Origin: Lama glama
Taxonomy: Eukaryota
Direction of reading: 5' to 3'
NCBI GenBank assembly: GCA_028534125.1
Contig: CM052816.1
Location: forward strand, 94,056,001-94,120,000
DNA: 64,000 nt
How positions within the stretch are numbered: the first letter of the stretch is position 1; every line of letters begins with the position of its first letter. Positions 37,720-50,589 of this stretch are shown here, one piece after another. The notes beneath the pieces are model-generated. The model did not search any database. It had not been told where the DNA came from and saw only the letters and a list, made by a program, of their open reading frames with translations. A program made the translations under genes and the position numbers.

Positions 37720-38010
37720 GACACATCTACCTGTATATTTCTTTAGCATCTCAAACTTCAGAAAAAAACTGTCATCTTGATTTCCCTCACCAAACATCTT
37801 TGCTGTTCCCTATCTTAGTAAACACCCCAACCCAGTTGGAGATGCATGCTTGATATTTTCTTCTTCCTCGTTTCATGTATCTAATCTACCATCAGTTTCA
37901 TTTGATTTTACCAAGAAATCATCTCAAACCCAACCCAGGTCACTCTCTCTCACCATCATCTTTTCTCTGAATTGAGATGTTAGCCTCCTAAGGAACAATG
38001 TGGCACTGAG
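37720..38010 (+). mobile_element. L2 fragment
   Basis: GCATCTCAAACTTCA..CTTGATTTCCCTC..TGTTCCCTATCTTAGTAAA..CACCATCATCTTTTCTCTGAA..TAGCCTCCTAA. Confidence 0.65.
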
Positions 38011-38039
38011 ACTCCCATTGCATTCAGGACAATAATGGG

Positions 38040-38250
38040 GTAGGTAAATGCAGACTGAAGCCCAACTACCACAGCTCTGCCTTTTTGTCATGGGGTGGCT
38101 GGGCAAGTTACCAACATTTGGACGCAGATTTTCTAGCAGTAAATTGGGAGATAATAAAAGTACACACACTTGAGGTAAGGAAGAAAGGTGCTCATATGTG
38201 CAAAGTGTTTAGAATGATGCCTGGCACATAGAAAGTAGTATAGAAGTGTT
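38040..38250 (+). mobile_element. MIR SINE
   Basis: CAGCTCTGCC..TGGGCAAGTTAC..GTAAATTGGGAGATAATAA..AAAGTGTTTAGAA..GCCTGGCACATAG. Confidence 0.8.
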
Positions 38251-38396
38251 CTTCCCTCTTTTTGTCCTTTTTCCTTCCTTCCTTCCTTCCTTGCTTCCTA
38301 TCTCCCTCCCTCCCTCCCTCCCTCCCCTTTTTCTCCCTCCCCTTCTTTCTCTCCTCCTTCCTCCTCCTTTTCTCTTCTCCTTCCTTTCTTTCTTTG
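38250..38396. repeat. Polypyrimidine simple repeat ((TTCC)n/(CCCT)n/(CCT)n)
   Basis: About 145 bp of almost pure C/T. Confidence 0.9.
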
Positions 38397-38825
38397 TTAA
38401 CTTTTTAAGATATATTTAAAAGTGGCAAAAAGAGTAAGTTCCCATATAATCCTCACCCAATTTCCCCTTTTGTTAATAAATATCTTAGATAATCAGCATA
38501 CATTTGTCAAAACTAATAAAAACCACCTTTGTACATTACTGTTAACAAAACCCTAGGCTTGTTTGGATTCTGTCAGGGTCTGCAGTAACACCCTTTTATC
38601 TGTATGAGGCTGCAATCCAGGGTATCACAGCATGTTTGGTCATAATGTCTCCTTAAGTCTCTTCTGATCTGTGACAGTTTTTCCATCTTTTTTCTTTTTC
38701 CATTACCTTGACAGTGTTGAGGAGTACTGGTGACATATATTGTAGAATGTCCCTCAATTACAGGTGGTTTGTTTGTGTGTTTGTTTTATTATGAGAATGG
38801 GTGGTAGATTTTTCAGGAAGAAGAT
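38397..38825 (-). mobile_element. L1MC-type 3' fragment
   Basis: Same family motifs as 1495-1935: ATCCAGGGTATCACA, TCTGTGACAGTTT and GAGGAGTACTGGT..TTGTAGAATGTCCCTCAA. Confidence 0.8.
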
Positions 38826-39234
38826 TGTACTGGGTTGAATAGCGTCCTGGCAAAATTCATATCTACCTGGGATTTGCGACTGTGGCCCTGTTCATAAACA
38901 GAGTCCTTGCAGGGTCTTTGTTATCAGTGTAAGACGAGGTCATGCTAGATTAGGTGGGCCCTAAATCCAGTGACTGGTATCCTTACAAGTAGAGTGTCAT
39001 TTGAACAGACAAACTCTCCCCCCACTCCCCCCACCCCTGCCGCCCCAGAGGAGGAAGGCCATAGGATGCAACTATAAGACCAGGAAGGCCAAGGACTCGC
39101 AACAACCACCATAGACTAAGAAGAGGAAAGAAAGGCTTCTCAGGGTCTTCAGGGGCAGCTTGGCCCTGCCAACATCATAATTTCAGACTTTCAGCCTCCA
39201 GAAATGTAAGAAAATAAATTTTTGTTGTTTAAAG
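38826..39234 (+). mobile_element. MaLR LTR (MLT1C-like), 3'-truncated
   Basis: TGTACTGGGTTGAATAGCGTCC..GGTGGGCCCTAAATCCAGTGACTGGT..TGGCCCTGCCAACA..CAGCCTCCAGAA..TGTTGTTTAAAG. Confidence 0.85.
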
Positions 39235-40670
39235 ATATTTTGTACCACATTTCTCTTCAATAAATAAGTGGGAGTAGAATTGCTAATTGTACAGTGGATA
39301 TGCTTTCATTATGAAATACCTGCCAAACAGTTTTGCAGAGTGGCTGAATCATATTGCATTTCTGTCAGCAACCTATGAAAGTTGAAGTTCCCCCATATCG
39401 GTTGGTGCGGGCCAGGGCTGGAACCTCATCTAAACACTCAGCTGGAGATGGTCCACTTCTCAGCTAACTTTCGCTGTTGCTAGGAGGGTCTCGTTCCTCG
39501 AGGACTGAAGGCCTAGGTGTCTCATTGACTGTTGCCTGAAGTCGGCCCTCAGTTCCATGCCATGTGCACCTCTCCAAACTAGCAGCTCGCTCAGTCAAAG
39601 CCAGTGATGGAGAGAGAGAGTCTGGTAGCAAAACAGAAGATGCAGTTTCTCCTAATGCCATCATGGAAGTTGCATCACTCCAAAGTTGCCGTATTCTACT
39701 GATGAGAAGGAAGTCACTCAAGGCCAGGCGGTTATCCGAGGGCCTGGATGTCAGAAGGTGAGAGTCACTGGCGGTCACCTAAGAGGCTACCTTCGCAACA
39801 TTCTCACCAGTGATCTGGACCTACGCCATTCTAGTCAGTGTGAAGTAAACTCACAGTTTTAGTTTTCATTTCCCTGAAGAATAACGAGTGTTTAGTGACC
39901 ATTTGTACCTGTCATTTTCTGAATTTTCTGTTTAAATATATTGCCCAATTTTTAAAAAATTAGATTTCTTGAAAAATTCTTTATTCTGGGTACAAGCCTT
40001 TGTCAAATATATAAACAAAAAATATTAGATTCAAGTGTGTGGCTTTGCATATGTGTATTAACAGTATCTATGAAGAACAGAAGTTGTTAATTGTAAAATT
40101 GTAATGAAGTTCAATTTACTTTTTTTTTCCTGTTTGGGCTTTTTATGTCTTGTCTAGGAGATATTTGCCTATCCTGAATTTGCAAATATAATCATCTATG
40201 CATTTTTAGAGGTTTTATGCTTCCAAGTGTTATATTTATGTCTATGATCTATCATAAATTAAATTTTTGTCTGTGGTATGAGGTTAAGTTTCATTTTTTC
40301 CCAAAAAGTATCCAGTTGATCAAGCACTATTTATTAAAAAGATATTTCTCCTTTGAATTATCTTAGCACCTTTGTCAAAAATCAGTTAACCATATATGCA
40401 TGGATCAATCTAGACTCCCTCTTTTGTTCCATTGAAGTATTTGCCTGTATTATGCAAATACGAAATTGGTTACTCTGGCTTATAATACATCCTATCAGTG
40501 TTAAGAATAGTTAACAAAGTATAAAGCTTTGAATTTTGTCCTTTTTTAAAATTAATTTTTGCTCTTCCAGGTAGTTTGCATTTATACATAACTTTAAATC
40601 AGTTTTTTTCAATTTCTATCCAAAAACATTTGTTGATATTTAATTGATATTCCTTTGAATTTATTAGTAA
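39235..40670 (-). mobile_element. L1M ORF2 3' part/3' UTR (antisense), interrupted by an MLT1 fragment
   Basis: GGAGTAGAATTGCT, CTGCCAAACAGTTTT, AAGAACAGAAGTT..TGAAGTTCAATTTA and ATCCAGTTG..GCACTATTTATTAAAAAGA..GCACCTTTGTCAAAAATCAGTT. Confidence 0.85.
39398..39800 (-). mobile_element. MaLR LTR fragment (MLT1F-like)
   Basis: CCTCAGTTCCATGCCATGTGCACCTCTCCA, TGCCGTATTCTACTGATGAGAAGGAAGTCACT and GTCACTGGCGGTCACCTAAGAGGCT..ACA. Confidence 0.8.
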
Positions 40671-40805
40671 TACTTTTATTCATTAAAATGATTTCCTGAC
40701 TTAATCATCATTTTACAAATGATTTTAATGTTCATTCTTGAAATTTAAAATATTGGTAAATAGAAAATTTCTAAAAATAAAGACTGCTATAGGAAGCCTT
40801 CCAAT

Positions 40806-40943
40806 GGGGAGGGTATAGCTCAAGTGGTAAAGCACATGCCTAGCATGCACAAGGTCCTGGGTTCTATCCCCAGTACCTCCTCTAAAATAAGATACATCTA
40901 ATTACCTCCTTCTCCCACAAAAAAAGAAAAAAAAAAAAAAAAA
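40806..40943 (+). mobile_element. tRNA-Ala-derived camelid SINE (vic-1-like)
   Basis: GGGGAGGGTATAGCTCAAGTGGTA (A box)..GGTTCTATCCCCAGTACCTCC (B box), then ..TAATTACCTCC and a long poly-A. TSD AGGAAGCCTTCCAAT (40791-40805) versus AGGAAAATTTCCAAT (40944-40958), 12/15. Confidence 0.9.
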
Positions 40944-40959
40944 AGGAAAATTTCCAATC

Positions 40960-43210
40960 AGTTACCAAAATACATTATAATAAATTTAACCAAACAATAT
41001 GGTATCAGTACAAGATTGATAGATATAATTAAAGAATCCAGAAATATACCTGCATATAAATTGTCATGATTTAGAAAATCTTGAGCTAGAAAAATTAACC
41101 ATCAAACTGACAAAAAGAACAAGAAAAGATGTAACTAATAATAGTACTATTATAACATAAGCTACACAAATATCACAAATTCTGTACAGTGCAAATATTC
41201 TGAAGTGATAAACAGGACTATTTATTCAAGTTTATAATAGGGAAAAATTTAAGAAAAATTTTTAAAAATTAGTATAAAAAAGAAAACTCCCCAAAATGTA
41301 GCAAAGGTATGAATAAGTGATTCACAAAAGAAGAAATACAATTGACCAATAAGTATTGAACATACATGAAGCATATTAATAAATCTATTCAAATTAAAGT
41401 AATAACAAAATATTTTTGCCATTGAACTGATCAGCCAATAAGAAAATATAAACTATACAGTTCCAGGATTTGTTATTGCTGTATGAAAACAAATTCTCTA
41501 ATAATCTGTAAATTTGCACCACCTTTGTAAAAGGCAAGTTTACAATGTGTCAGTGTTTAAAGTGTGCATATCATTTGCCCCAACTGTTTCATGTCAGTAA
41601 ATGTATCCTAAGATGTTAATGGAGAAGGTAAGTGTGTGTATACGTAAAGATTATCATTGCAACGTTGCTTATAATAGCAAACAACTGTCAACGTTCAAAA
41701 GGTCCCCTCCTAGGACATCAGGTAAATAAACTGTGTACATCCACATGAGTATTGCATGAATATATTGCCATTTAAAAATGTTTTGATTTTGTAGAGTAAT
41801 TGGCATAATAAAGGATCACATTCTTTGTTAGGATTTTTAAAAGGCTCTTGAGAAAACTATGTGCATAACAGGGTCCTTTTTGATGTGTGTGTGTGTGTAC
41901 ACAAAGACATTCAATTTCACATTAAGAGATGTTTGATCCTGGCTTGTGGTATTTTGATTGATGTTACCTCTTTCATAGTCTTTTAAATAGCTTAGAATTT
42001 TAAATAATTACTTACGATAAGAGAACCAGCAATGAATATGAAGATAAATTTGCATATTAAATAGAAAAGAATTATTAATGTCCAATAAGTATATGAAAAG
42101 ATATTCAACCTCAGTAATTATCAGGAAAGTATATATTTCAACAAATTGTGATATGATTCTTCCTAATCATTTGTCTGTATATAATTTTTAATTTGATACA
42201 ATTTAGTATGGAAAATGGTTATGGGAACTGCATAATTTCATATGTTGCTAGCAGAGGGATTAAATGTATACTGGTTTGCTGGTGTGCAGTTTCATATCTC
42301 TAGCTGAATAATTTTAACAGCTTTATGGCAGTAAAATCTATATATAAATTACTGCACATATTTAATGTGTACAATTTGATGGGTTTGGACACACACAGAA
42401 CGTGATACCACCACCAAAAGCAAGGTAAATTACGTATCTAATACCTCCCACGGCTTCCTTGCAACCTTTTGATTTGGGTTTGGGGTTTTGGTTTTTTTTT
42501 AATTTTCTTTTTTTTTCCCCTTCATGGTAAGAGCACTTAACATGAGATCTACCCTCTTATCAAATTTTAATGTACACTATACCACACTGTAGATTGTAAG
42601 CACTATGTTGACAGCAAATCTCTAGAATTTATTCATCTTGCATTCCTGCAACTTTATAGCCATTGGATAGCTCCTCATTTCCCCGACCAAAGCATGCACT
42701 TAATTTGATGGAGCAAGTCTTTTTCTGGGTATTTATCCCCAACTACTTGCAATGTGCACAGAGACCTGCAGGTCCACTTCCCCATTGTATTTTTTTGTCA
42801 TACTTAAACTTTGAAGAGCTACTAAATGACCACTCTGGCAAGAGTGAAAGACACTGCTATGTAAGTCTGTAGGGTACTGGACAGCAGTTATAAAATAATT
42901 AATGCTGTATAAATCAACAAAGCAATAGCTCTACAATACATATTTACTTAGAAAATTAAGTTCGGAGAAAGTCATCAGTTTCTCACTGATGAGAATGAGT
43001 AATAAGATTAAATTTTTAAATATGTATTTTCATAATTTGTAAGTGTTTAGTAGGATACACAAAAATTGGTGTCGAATATTTAAGTCTCATGTAAGATACG
43101 GGAACTAGTATGAATGAGAATGTTTTTAAAATGTGTAGCTTCCTATTTTTGAGCCTTTTACATGAAACTATGATCCTATCTAAAAATATGGCAAATAAAT
43201 TTTAAAAGCT
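40960..43210 (+). mobile_element. Old L1ME fragments (sense), interrupted by an antisense L1MA/MB end
   Basis: AAGAATCCAGAAATA, ATTCACAAAAGAAGAAATACAATTGACCAATAA, TTGCTTATAATAGCAAA and ATATGAAAAGATATTCAACCTCAGTAAT. Confidence 0.7.
42310..42686 (-). mobile_element. L1MA9/L1MB-type 3' end
   Basis: TTTAACAGCTTTAT..TGTACAATTTGATG..GTAAGAGCACTTAACATGAGATCTACCCTCTTA..TCTCTAGAATTTATTCATCTTGCAT. Confidence 0.85.
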
Positions 43211-46200
43211 TAAAATGAATGTTGAATACAAGTTTTCATGATGCCAAAAATGTCTTCTCTCTATGATTGCATTTTGTTTCCTTTTAGAAGTGGATGGAGA
43301 GGCTGCTCTAAGCTCCATGATTAACAGAGGAAGCATTTGTCCTAGCTTTAGTACACAGCCCCTAACAGACATTTACAAATATTTGTAGAAGCAGTTCACA
43401 AATAAACGCATTAATTAATTATACCAATTAACTACCTAATAAATGAAACATGCAAGAGCCTGATAAGAGTATTGACCTTGACGTAGCCAGCCAAGTACAG
43501 GAAAGCAAAACAGTGTATCATTGCTGGCTACATTGTACGCCTGCACTCAGGGGAATGTGCTACCTGTAGGGTTCTCTCACAGACTGAAATACTATCTCAT
43601 TACTGTGCACTTAGAGGTCTACATCACTGTAACACCTTTTATAATAGAGCTGATAATATTACAGGCATGCTAAGTTAACAGTTTTATAATAATTTTTTCA
43701 TGAAAGTTCTTTATATGTTTGAGATGTTGGCACCCTTCTTTCACATAGCCTTAAAATTAAATTAAACCCTGTATCCTTTTAAAGTGTAGTAATTATAATT
43801 CATGGTTAAAGGTTGGAAAACAAAGTCTCCTTCAAAAAAAACAAGGTATATTACAAGTCCAATTACTTAAATGAGACTAAGAAACTGTAATTATTTTTCT
43901 ACTGCTTAGTAATTGAGTAGAGAATGAAAGGTTGCCTTGACAACAGAAAATAGCAAAATAAAATGTTAATGGATAGTAATTGTTCTAATCATTATATAAA
44001 ATACTGACTCTATAATATGTAAGACAAATGCTCATTGAATTTTAAATCATATAATAACAATCTAGCACTAAACATTTATTATTTTAATATGTATTTCAAG
44101 CTATTAATTTTGATAGCGAACTAATTTCTTCTTGAACCCGATTAATGTGACTTATGGAGTCCAAAGTTAACTTTGCCATTGCACATACATCTCTCAGTAA
44201 TGGATGGCCCAGAGATGGGAAAAACTTTTTTGAAAGATCATAAGGGAAATTGTTAAATAACAGACCTCTTTCCCCACATTCTAAGATTTGAACCCATTGA
44301 AAATTGAAGAACAATAAGGCACATGGATAGAATACTGTTATTATTACTTATAAAGCTTACAGTGGAGAGCCTGGGGTAGTTGTAAGTTAACGTCCTAAGA
44401 CTGTGCTAGACTGAGCCATGCTTAGGCAGTTAGACTATCCAAGTTTTCTTATATTGAAGTGACTTACACCACTTGTTTCATGGAGGAGCAAATCCCAGGG
44501 GTAACTGGCTACCAAGAGAAGCAAAGAGGAGGGAGCTGGTCTCTACCTGGCCAGCTGCTTCTACTGAATACTCCTAACAGCTCAGGGACCCTTTCTTCCC
44601 CAGGAGAGTACAAAAAGGCAGAGGCCAGTATTATTAAAAAATACTATTGCATAGAAATGGCATGGAGAAAACTACCCCATTCTAACATTTGTCAATATTC
44701 TTCATTTAAAAATATGGGGTTTAGTCTCTCCTATGTTTACAACTATTTTTTTTTTCATTCTCAGAGGCTATCAGTAGCATCCCATTGTTAATCTGTTTCA
44801 ACATTCACAAGACCCCTCGGCCCCTAAACTAACTAGTTCACCTTTGTGTATCTTCCAGGAATTGCTATCGGTTTGCAATTATTTCTCCCCAAAGGCTCTG
44901 ACATGTGTATCAGTCAATCCCAATGCTCTCTTCACCCAAGGATGCAAATTCACTCCATGCACTGTATCTCATCCCAAATTGTTGTACCTAGCTTCCAGAC
45001 ACCTGCCGTTGGAATGCTATGCAAAGCTAATTTAATAATGAAACACAGCTACACAGAAATGCCAAAATTTTAAATTCAGTTACATTAATTAAAGCCTTTT
45101 TAAAAGTGTTGAAATCTAAGGAAATTAAAGTCCAGAATAATGTTACCGTGTTCTTATAAGTTAAAGCCCAAGGTAAAAATGTACGCCCTAAAGTGCAAAA
45201 CAAACAAGTCTACCCCCATCCATTATTTTCTTATTTTAGTGACTCTTAACCAGAAATTCTCTCGATACCTGGGTGGCGATGCTATTCCTAAACCAACTGC
45301 ATCCTCCTGACGGCATCTCACTGGACCAGCATGACTTCTTCATGGACTTACAAGTGTGACTAGATTAATGTAAAACCTAGATGAATTGTTCATTTTTCAA
45401 AGTGTTCAGAGGTTTTTCAAAAGTGTTATATTCCCAATTCAGTATCCACGGTAACCAAGTTTAAAACACATGCAAGGATCCCACCCCGACAATTATCCTG
45501 AGGAAAATTTTAATACCAGAATGCAACAGTTAGTGTTCTGAGAGACCATAGAAGAGACTGAAGGGTCCTGATTGCTGGAGCGGTGATTCAATTTGAAAAG
45601 TGGTTTTCAAATTACCTGTTTCTTCTTAAGGGAGCTTTGGTAGTCTGTATCTTTCAAGAAATTTTTCCATTTCAATCATTATCCAACTGATTGGTATAAA
45701 GTTGTTCGTAATATTCCCCTTATTCCCTTTTATCTATGAAGATCTATAAAGATGTCCCTTTTGTCTTTCTAATATTAATAATATGTTATCTTCTTTCCAT
45801 TTTCACTCAGTGCATCTGGACAGATGTTTATTGATTTTATCCATCTTTTCCAAGAATCAGCTGCATTGGGTCTCAGATATTTTTTAATGTTTTTAATTTT
45901 ATAGATTCCTACTCTATTATTTGTAATTTCTTTATGTTTGAGGTTTATCTTGCTGTTCTTTCTCTAGTTACTTAAAAACAATGCTTGGTTTATTGATTTA
46001 CAACATTCTTGTTTTATATTCTGAGCATTAGTTGCAATAAACATTGTTCTAAACACTACTTTTGCAGCATCCCGCAGATTTTGAAGATCATTTTAATTTA
46101 ATTCAAAACATTTTGTAATTTCCATTTTTGACTACTTAACTTTTTAGCCTGTAAGTTATTTAGAAATTTGTTATTTAATTTCCAAATTTGGAGGGATTTT

Positions 46201-47875
46201 GTCTGAACACCTTTCTGCTATGGATTTCGAATGTTTCAATTATTTAAAAATTTTTGAGGTTTATTTTTATGGTTCCGAATGTGGACTTTCTTGGTGAATT
46301 CTCCATGTGCACTTGAAAAGAATGTGTGTCCTAATATTGTTGTTGTATAAATGTCAGTTAGCTCAAGTTGTCTGGGAGCATCATTCAGGTCTTACGCATT
46401 TTCTACCTACTTGTACTACGATAGCTGAGAGTGGAATGTTGGAGGCTCCAAATATAATTGCAGATTTGACTGTGCCTCCTTTCAATCCAGATTTGTGTGT
46501 TTTGAGGCTATGTTGTTAAGTGCATACTTACTGTGACTCTATGCCTTCCTGGTAAATTGGCCCCAATAACATTAGGAATGCCCCTATTATTTCTAAACTA
46601 TTCTTTGGTCTGAAGTCTACCCTGTCAGATACAGAGCCACTTCAGCTTTTATAAATTGGTGGTAGCAATATTATTTTACTTACCTATTTCTTTAGATTCA
46701 AAGTAGGTCCCTCATATATAATTTGGTTTTGATTTTTTATCCAATCTCATAATTCCTACCTTTTTAATTGATATTTTTAGGCCTTTTACATTTAATGTGA
46801 TTATTGATAGTATTGGACTTAAATCTCTCATCTTACCAGTGTTTTCTATTGGTCATATCTCTTCTTACGGCTTCTCCTTTTCTGTATCTTTTGGATTTGT
46901 AATTTTATTATTTTATTTTATTTCCATTTTCAGGGTATTACTTATACCTCCTTTATTTTTATTGATGTTCTCTTCTTAATAATATGCATTTAACCTAGTA
47001 AAATCTACCTTTTAAAATATTAAAAACTCTTCACATAGAGTATAAGAGCCTTAAAATAATGTGCTTCTAATTCCTTCCTCACATTCTTTCTGATGTTGTC
47101 ATGCATTTATTTCACATACGACACATTTCACAGTGCGTTGTTACCGTTTTTTTTTTTTTTGTTCTAGACAGTCATTTCCAATGCAATTAAAATTACAAAA
47201 AAAATGCCTTGTACTACTTTAAATTTTATTCTTTCCAACTCTCTCTATTTCCTTCTCTAGATCCAACTCTCCTTCATACCTTCTGCTTGAAAATTTCTTT
47301 TAAAAATTCCTGTAGTGCAGTTCTACTGGCAGTGAATTTCTCAATTTTTATTTTCCAAAAAAGTTTTTACTTTGCCTTCACTTTAGGGAGATGTTTGCTG
47401 AGTACTGAAATCTTTATTAATAGATTTTTTTCATTTATTACCTTATATCACTCTATTAGCTTGACATTTTTAGAATTTCTGACAAGAATTCTGTTGTCAT
47501 TCCCACGTCATGTCTCTGTATATTATATCTTTTGCAGTCAGACTTTCTTCAAATTTTATTTTTCTCTTTGTTTTCAGCAGAGTGATCACATCAAGTTTAG
47601 ATGTGTCATTGCTTGCCTTTTTAGCACAAGCTTCTTACATCTGTCATTTGATGGCTTTCACAATATTCAGAAAATTATCTGTGATCTCTTCAAATATTTA
47701 GTCCATCATATTTTTCTCTCTCTTATCTTTCTGAAACTCCAAATGCCTGTATATTACACTATTTTACATTGTCCCACATCTCTTGGTTATCCTATTTGTC
47801 TCTTTATATATATATATTTTTAAGAATATGAGTAGTGACAATTTATTATTGTGGTCATATGCAGAGTGAGTATTC

Positions 47876-48105
47876 TTTTTTATTTCTTAAATGTTTTCCT
47901 TCCAGTTTTATTAAGATCTAAATTTATAGACTTCATAAAATGATTACCACAATAAGTTAAATGAACATCCATTGTGTCATATAGATACAAAATTTAAGAA
48001 AAGAAAAAATTTTTCCTTGTAATAAGAATTCTTAGGATTTACTCACTTAACAACTTTCACATATAAGGTATATCAGTGTTAATTATATTAATCATGTTGT
48101 ATATT
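47876..48105 (-). mobile_element. L1 3' end (L1MA9/artiodactyl-type); the element-sense part of a 5'-inverted insertion
   Basis: TTCCAGTTTTATTAAGAT..ATGATTACCACAATAAGTTA..AGAATTCTTAGGATTTACTC..CAACTTTCA..ATCATGTTGTA. Minus-strand AATAAA at 47907-47912. Confidence 0.8.
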
Positions 48106-48562
48106 TAAAAAAGAATTAACACTTATCCTTCTCAAATTATTCCCCAAAATGCAATGGAAGTCATGCTCCCAAACTCATTTCATGAGGCCAGAATCACCAT
48201 GATACCAAATCCAGACAAAACCAATACAAAAAAACAGAAAATTATGGGCCTATATCACTGATAATATCACTGATAAACTTAGATGCAAAAAGCCTCAACA
48301 AAATGTTAACAAATCAAAGTCAACAATGCACTAAAAGGATCACACACCATGATCAAGTGGGATTTATCCCAGAGATGCAAGGATGGTTCAATATCCACAA
48401 ATCAATCAATGTGATATATTACATTAACAAATTGCCAAAAAAAAGTAATATCCTTTCAATAGATGCAGAAAAAGCTTTTGACCAATTTTAACATATGTTT
48501 ATAACAGCAGCTCTCAAGGAAATGTGCATAGAGGAAACATACCTCAACTTAATAAAGGCCAT
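48101..48562 (+). pseudogene. L1 ORF2 reverse-transcriptase fragment (inverted segment)
   Basis: ORF 48303 peptide [33 protein letters not shown] is the L1 RT signature. It is followed by ETYLNLIKAI. In-frame 12-bp duplication ATATCACTGATA at 48252-48275. Confidence 0.95.
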
Positions 48563-50589
48563 AAATCTTTTGTATTTTGACATTTCTATTGGTATATCTT
48601 TAAGTAAGGATTCTTTACTCAACTACATTACTATGCAGAGTTTTGAGATAAGCACATCAAATAAATTTTTCATACATGATATTGTTTGTAGCACTTCCTT
48701 TCATCACTTTCTTATCATTTCCATTTCTATGCTGAAATTCCCATCTGCTCATGGCTGTTGTCCACCTTTTCTACTAGATTTTTAGCATATAAATTATAGA
48801 TTTTCTAATTCCTCCTTGGCAGTTCCAACATTTGAGTCTGGTTCTGCTCATTACTGTATGTCTTGAAAATGTCTTTTTCTTTTTCTTTGCTTTTTGTGCC
48901 TTGTAATTTTTGATGGATTGCCTTTTTCCTAATAATTGGAGCCTACTTCAGCTGTTTTTACTAATTAGAGCATTCCTGAATACATAATTCTGATGCAGCT
49001 CCCTTTCAGCTCATTTCAGTATGTACTAAGGTTCATACAAATGTTGTTTGTATAGACAAACCACAGCAGACTGCACACAAATCTAGTGTCAGCTAAAAAA
49101 CCTAGATGCCCCCAACTGCTTTAGTAATACCCAGAACAAGATCCCTGCTGTTGGTCTAAGGCCCCCACACACCTTGCTTGCCATTTTCTTAAAAACCTGC
49201 ATGTGTAATCTAGACACTATAAAAACAGCCTCTTGGCTATTTTAAAAACTTGTATCATTTTATGCCACAACAACGCAAGCTTCCTTAACCAAAGAAGTCA
49301 CCTGTTTAGACATTCCTGGTAAAATCTAAATGTGCAAATGAAAATAACAACAATATAGGAACAAGCGTTGCACAATATGGCATAAAACATTTGAGCCTTA
49401 TATTTGTAAACATGGAGCATTTATGCACATTTACCTAATTAAATATGTCTCTTAGCCTAGACAATAATTTCATTTAAGATAACATCACTCTAGAAACTGA
49501 AGGATAATGCAATAAAAAGATACCCTTACAGGGAAATTTTTGTAAATAATTTTAGCTGAATGATTCATTCTCCAAAGTATTGTGTGAGTTTTCAAAGCAA
49601 AAAAAAAAAAAAAGTTAGCTAATCTTGATGGAATCAAACCTCCAAAATTGTAAAAGCCAATTCTTTATAATAAAGAAACAAACAAGCAACTATCATGTTA
49701 TTTCTATTTCTCCAGAGAACCCTGACTAATAATACAAGTATCCTGGCATCTTGGGCATTTAACTAGCTTGATATAGGACCTAATCATCATAGGACCAGAT
49801 AATTTCAGGATAATTACAAAGCACAGTGTTTTGAACAATATATAGACTTAATAAATGCTTTATGAATGAATAGATGCATGCATGCATGCAAATAAGATGC
49901 TAACTTCTAAAAGAATTGCAGTATAATTATTTAAGATCTATAATTATTTATAGTATTAGAAAAAAATCAAGGAACAAGCAGATTAACCCAGCAATTAGAA
50001 ATGAGACATAGTATCTTTGAGAGAAAATTTCAGCATGCTGGTAAAGCAATAGCACAGTCATTCACCCATTGACTGATTTATTCATGGTGACAGTGAGGTT
50101 CACGGTTGTGACCATAAACACGGAACTTAGTTTGAGTCCTACCTTTACTACAGTTGACTTTAAGCCATGGTTTCCTCCTCTGAAAAAGAAGATAATTATA
50201 TCACATTGCTTTAAGGGTTTATTATGGTTATTAGATAGCATAATCCATTTTAGATTTTGGCAATTTGTAAGTCTTTGTAAAGTCTCTGAAACCATCATAA
50301 ATACTCATTTTTCCAAACATCATTACAACTATCCATTGGACATCACATATGTGGCAGTCACTCTGTTACTTTCCGGAACGCTAAGCTGAACATCAGTTCC
50401 AGCCCTCAAGTTGGTCACAGTCTCCAGAATTAAGCGGGTACGTGTAGCTAAGAACAGATAAGCCTCAGGTATTTCTTTCTTCTCTGGGGAGCAAGACAGA
50501 GGAGCCTTGGGAAGACTTAGCAAGGAACTTTGAAATTTATATTTATCTACTTGGATTGAGTAGATAAAATTAACTAATGAAATTTTGAC

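Larger units (their letters stand above)
45600..48930 (-). mobile_element. Old L1M body (ORF2 5' part to ORF1/5' region), antisense, interrupted at about 47805-48565
   Basis: GTCTGTATCTTTCAAGAAATTT, GCAGCATCCCGCAGATTTTGA, CCATGTGCACTTGAAAAGAATGTGT and CTGAAATTCCCATCTG..GTTGTCCACCTTTT. Confidence 0.85.

Noticed and set aside
40806..40880. tRNA-Ala gene (also 53534-53610)
   Set aside because: Both have a SINE body and poly-A tail (the first also a TSD), and the cloverleaf is degenerate. They are SINE heads, not tRNA genes.
47209..47823. Longest ORF in the track (204 aa)
   Set aside because: It is an F/L/I/S-rich reading of the T-rich antisense strand of an old L1, starts at a non-ATG codon, and resembles no known protein.
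49874..49893. (TGCA)n run with RBFOX-like TGCATG and octamer ATGCAAAT
   Set aside because: Better explained as a mutated (TGAA)n L2 tail.
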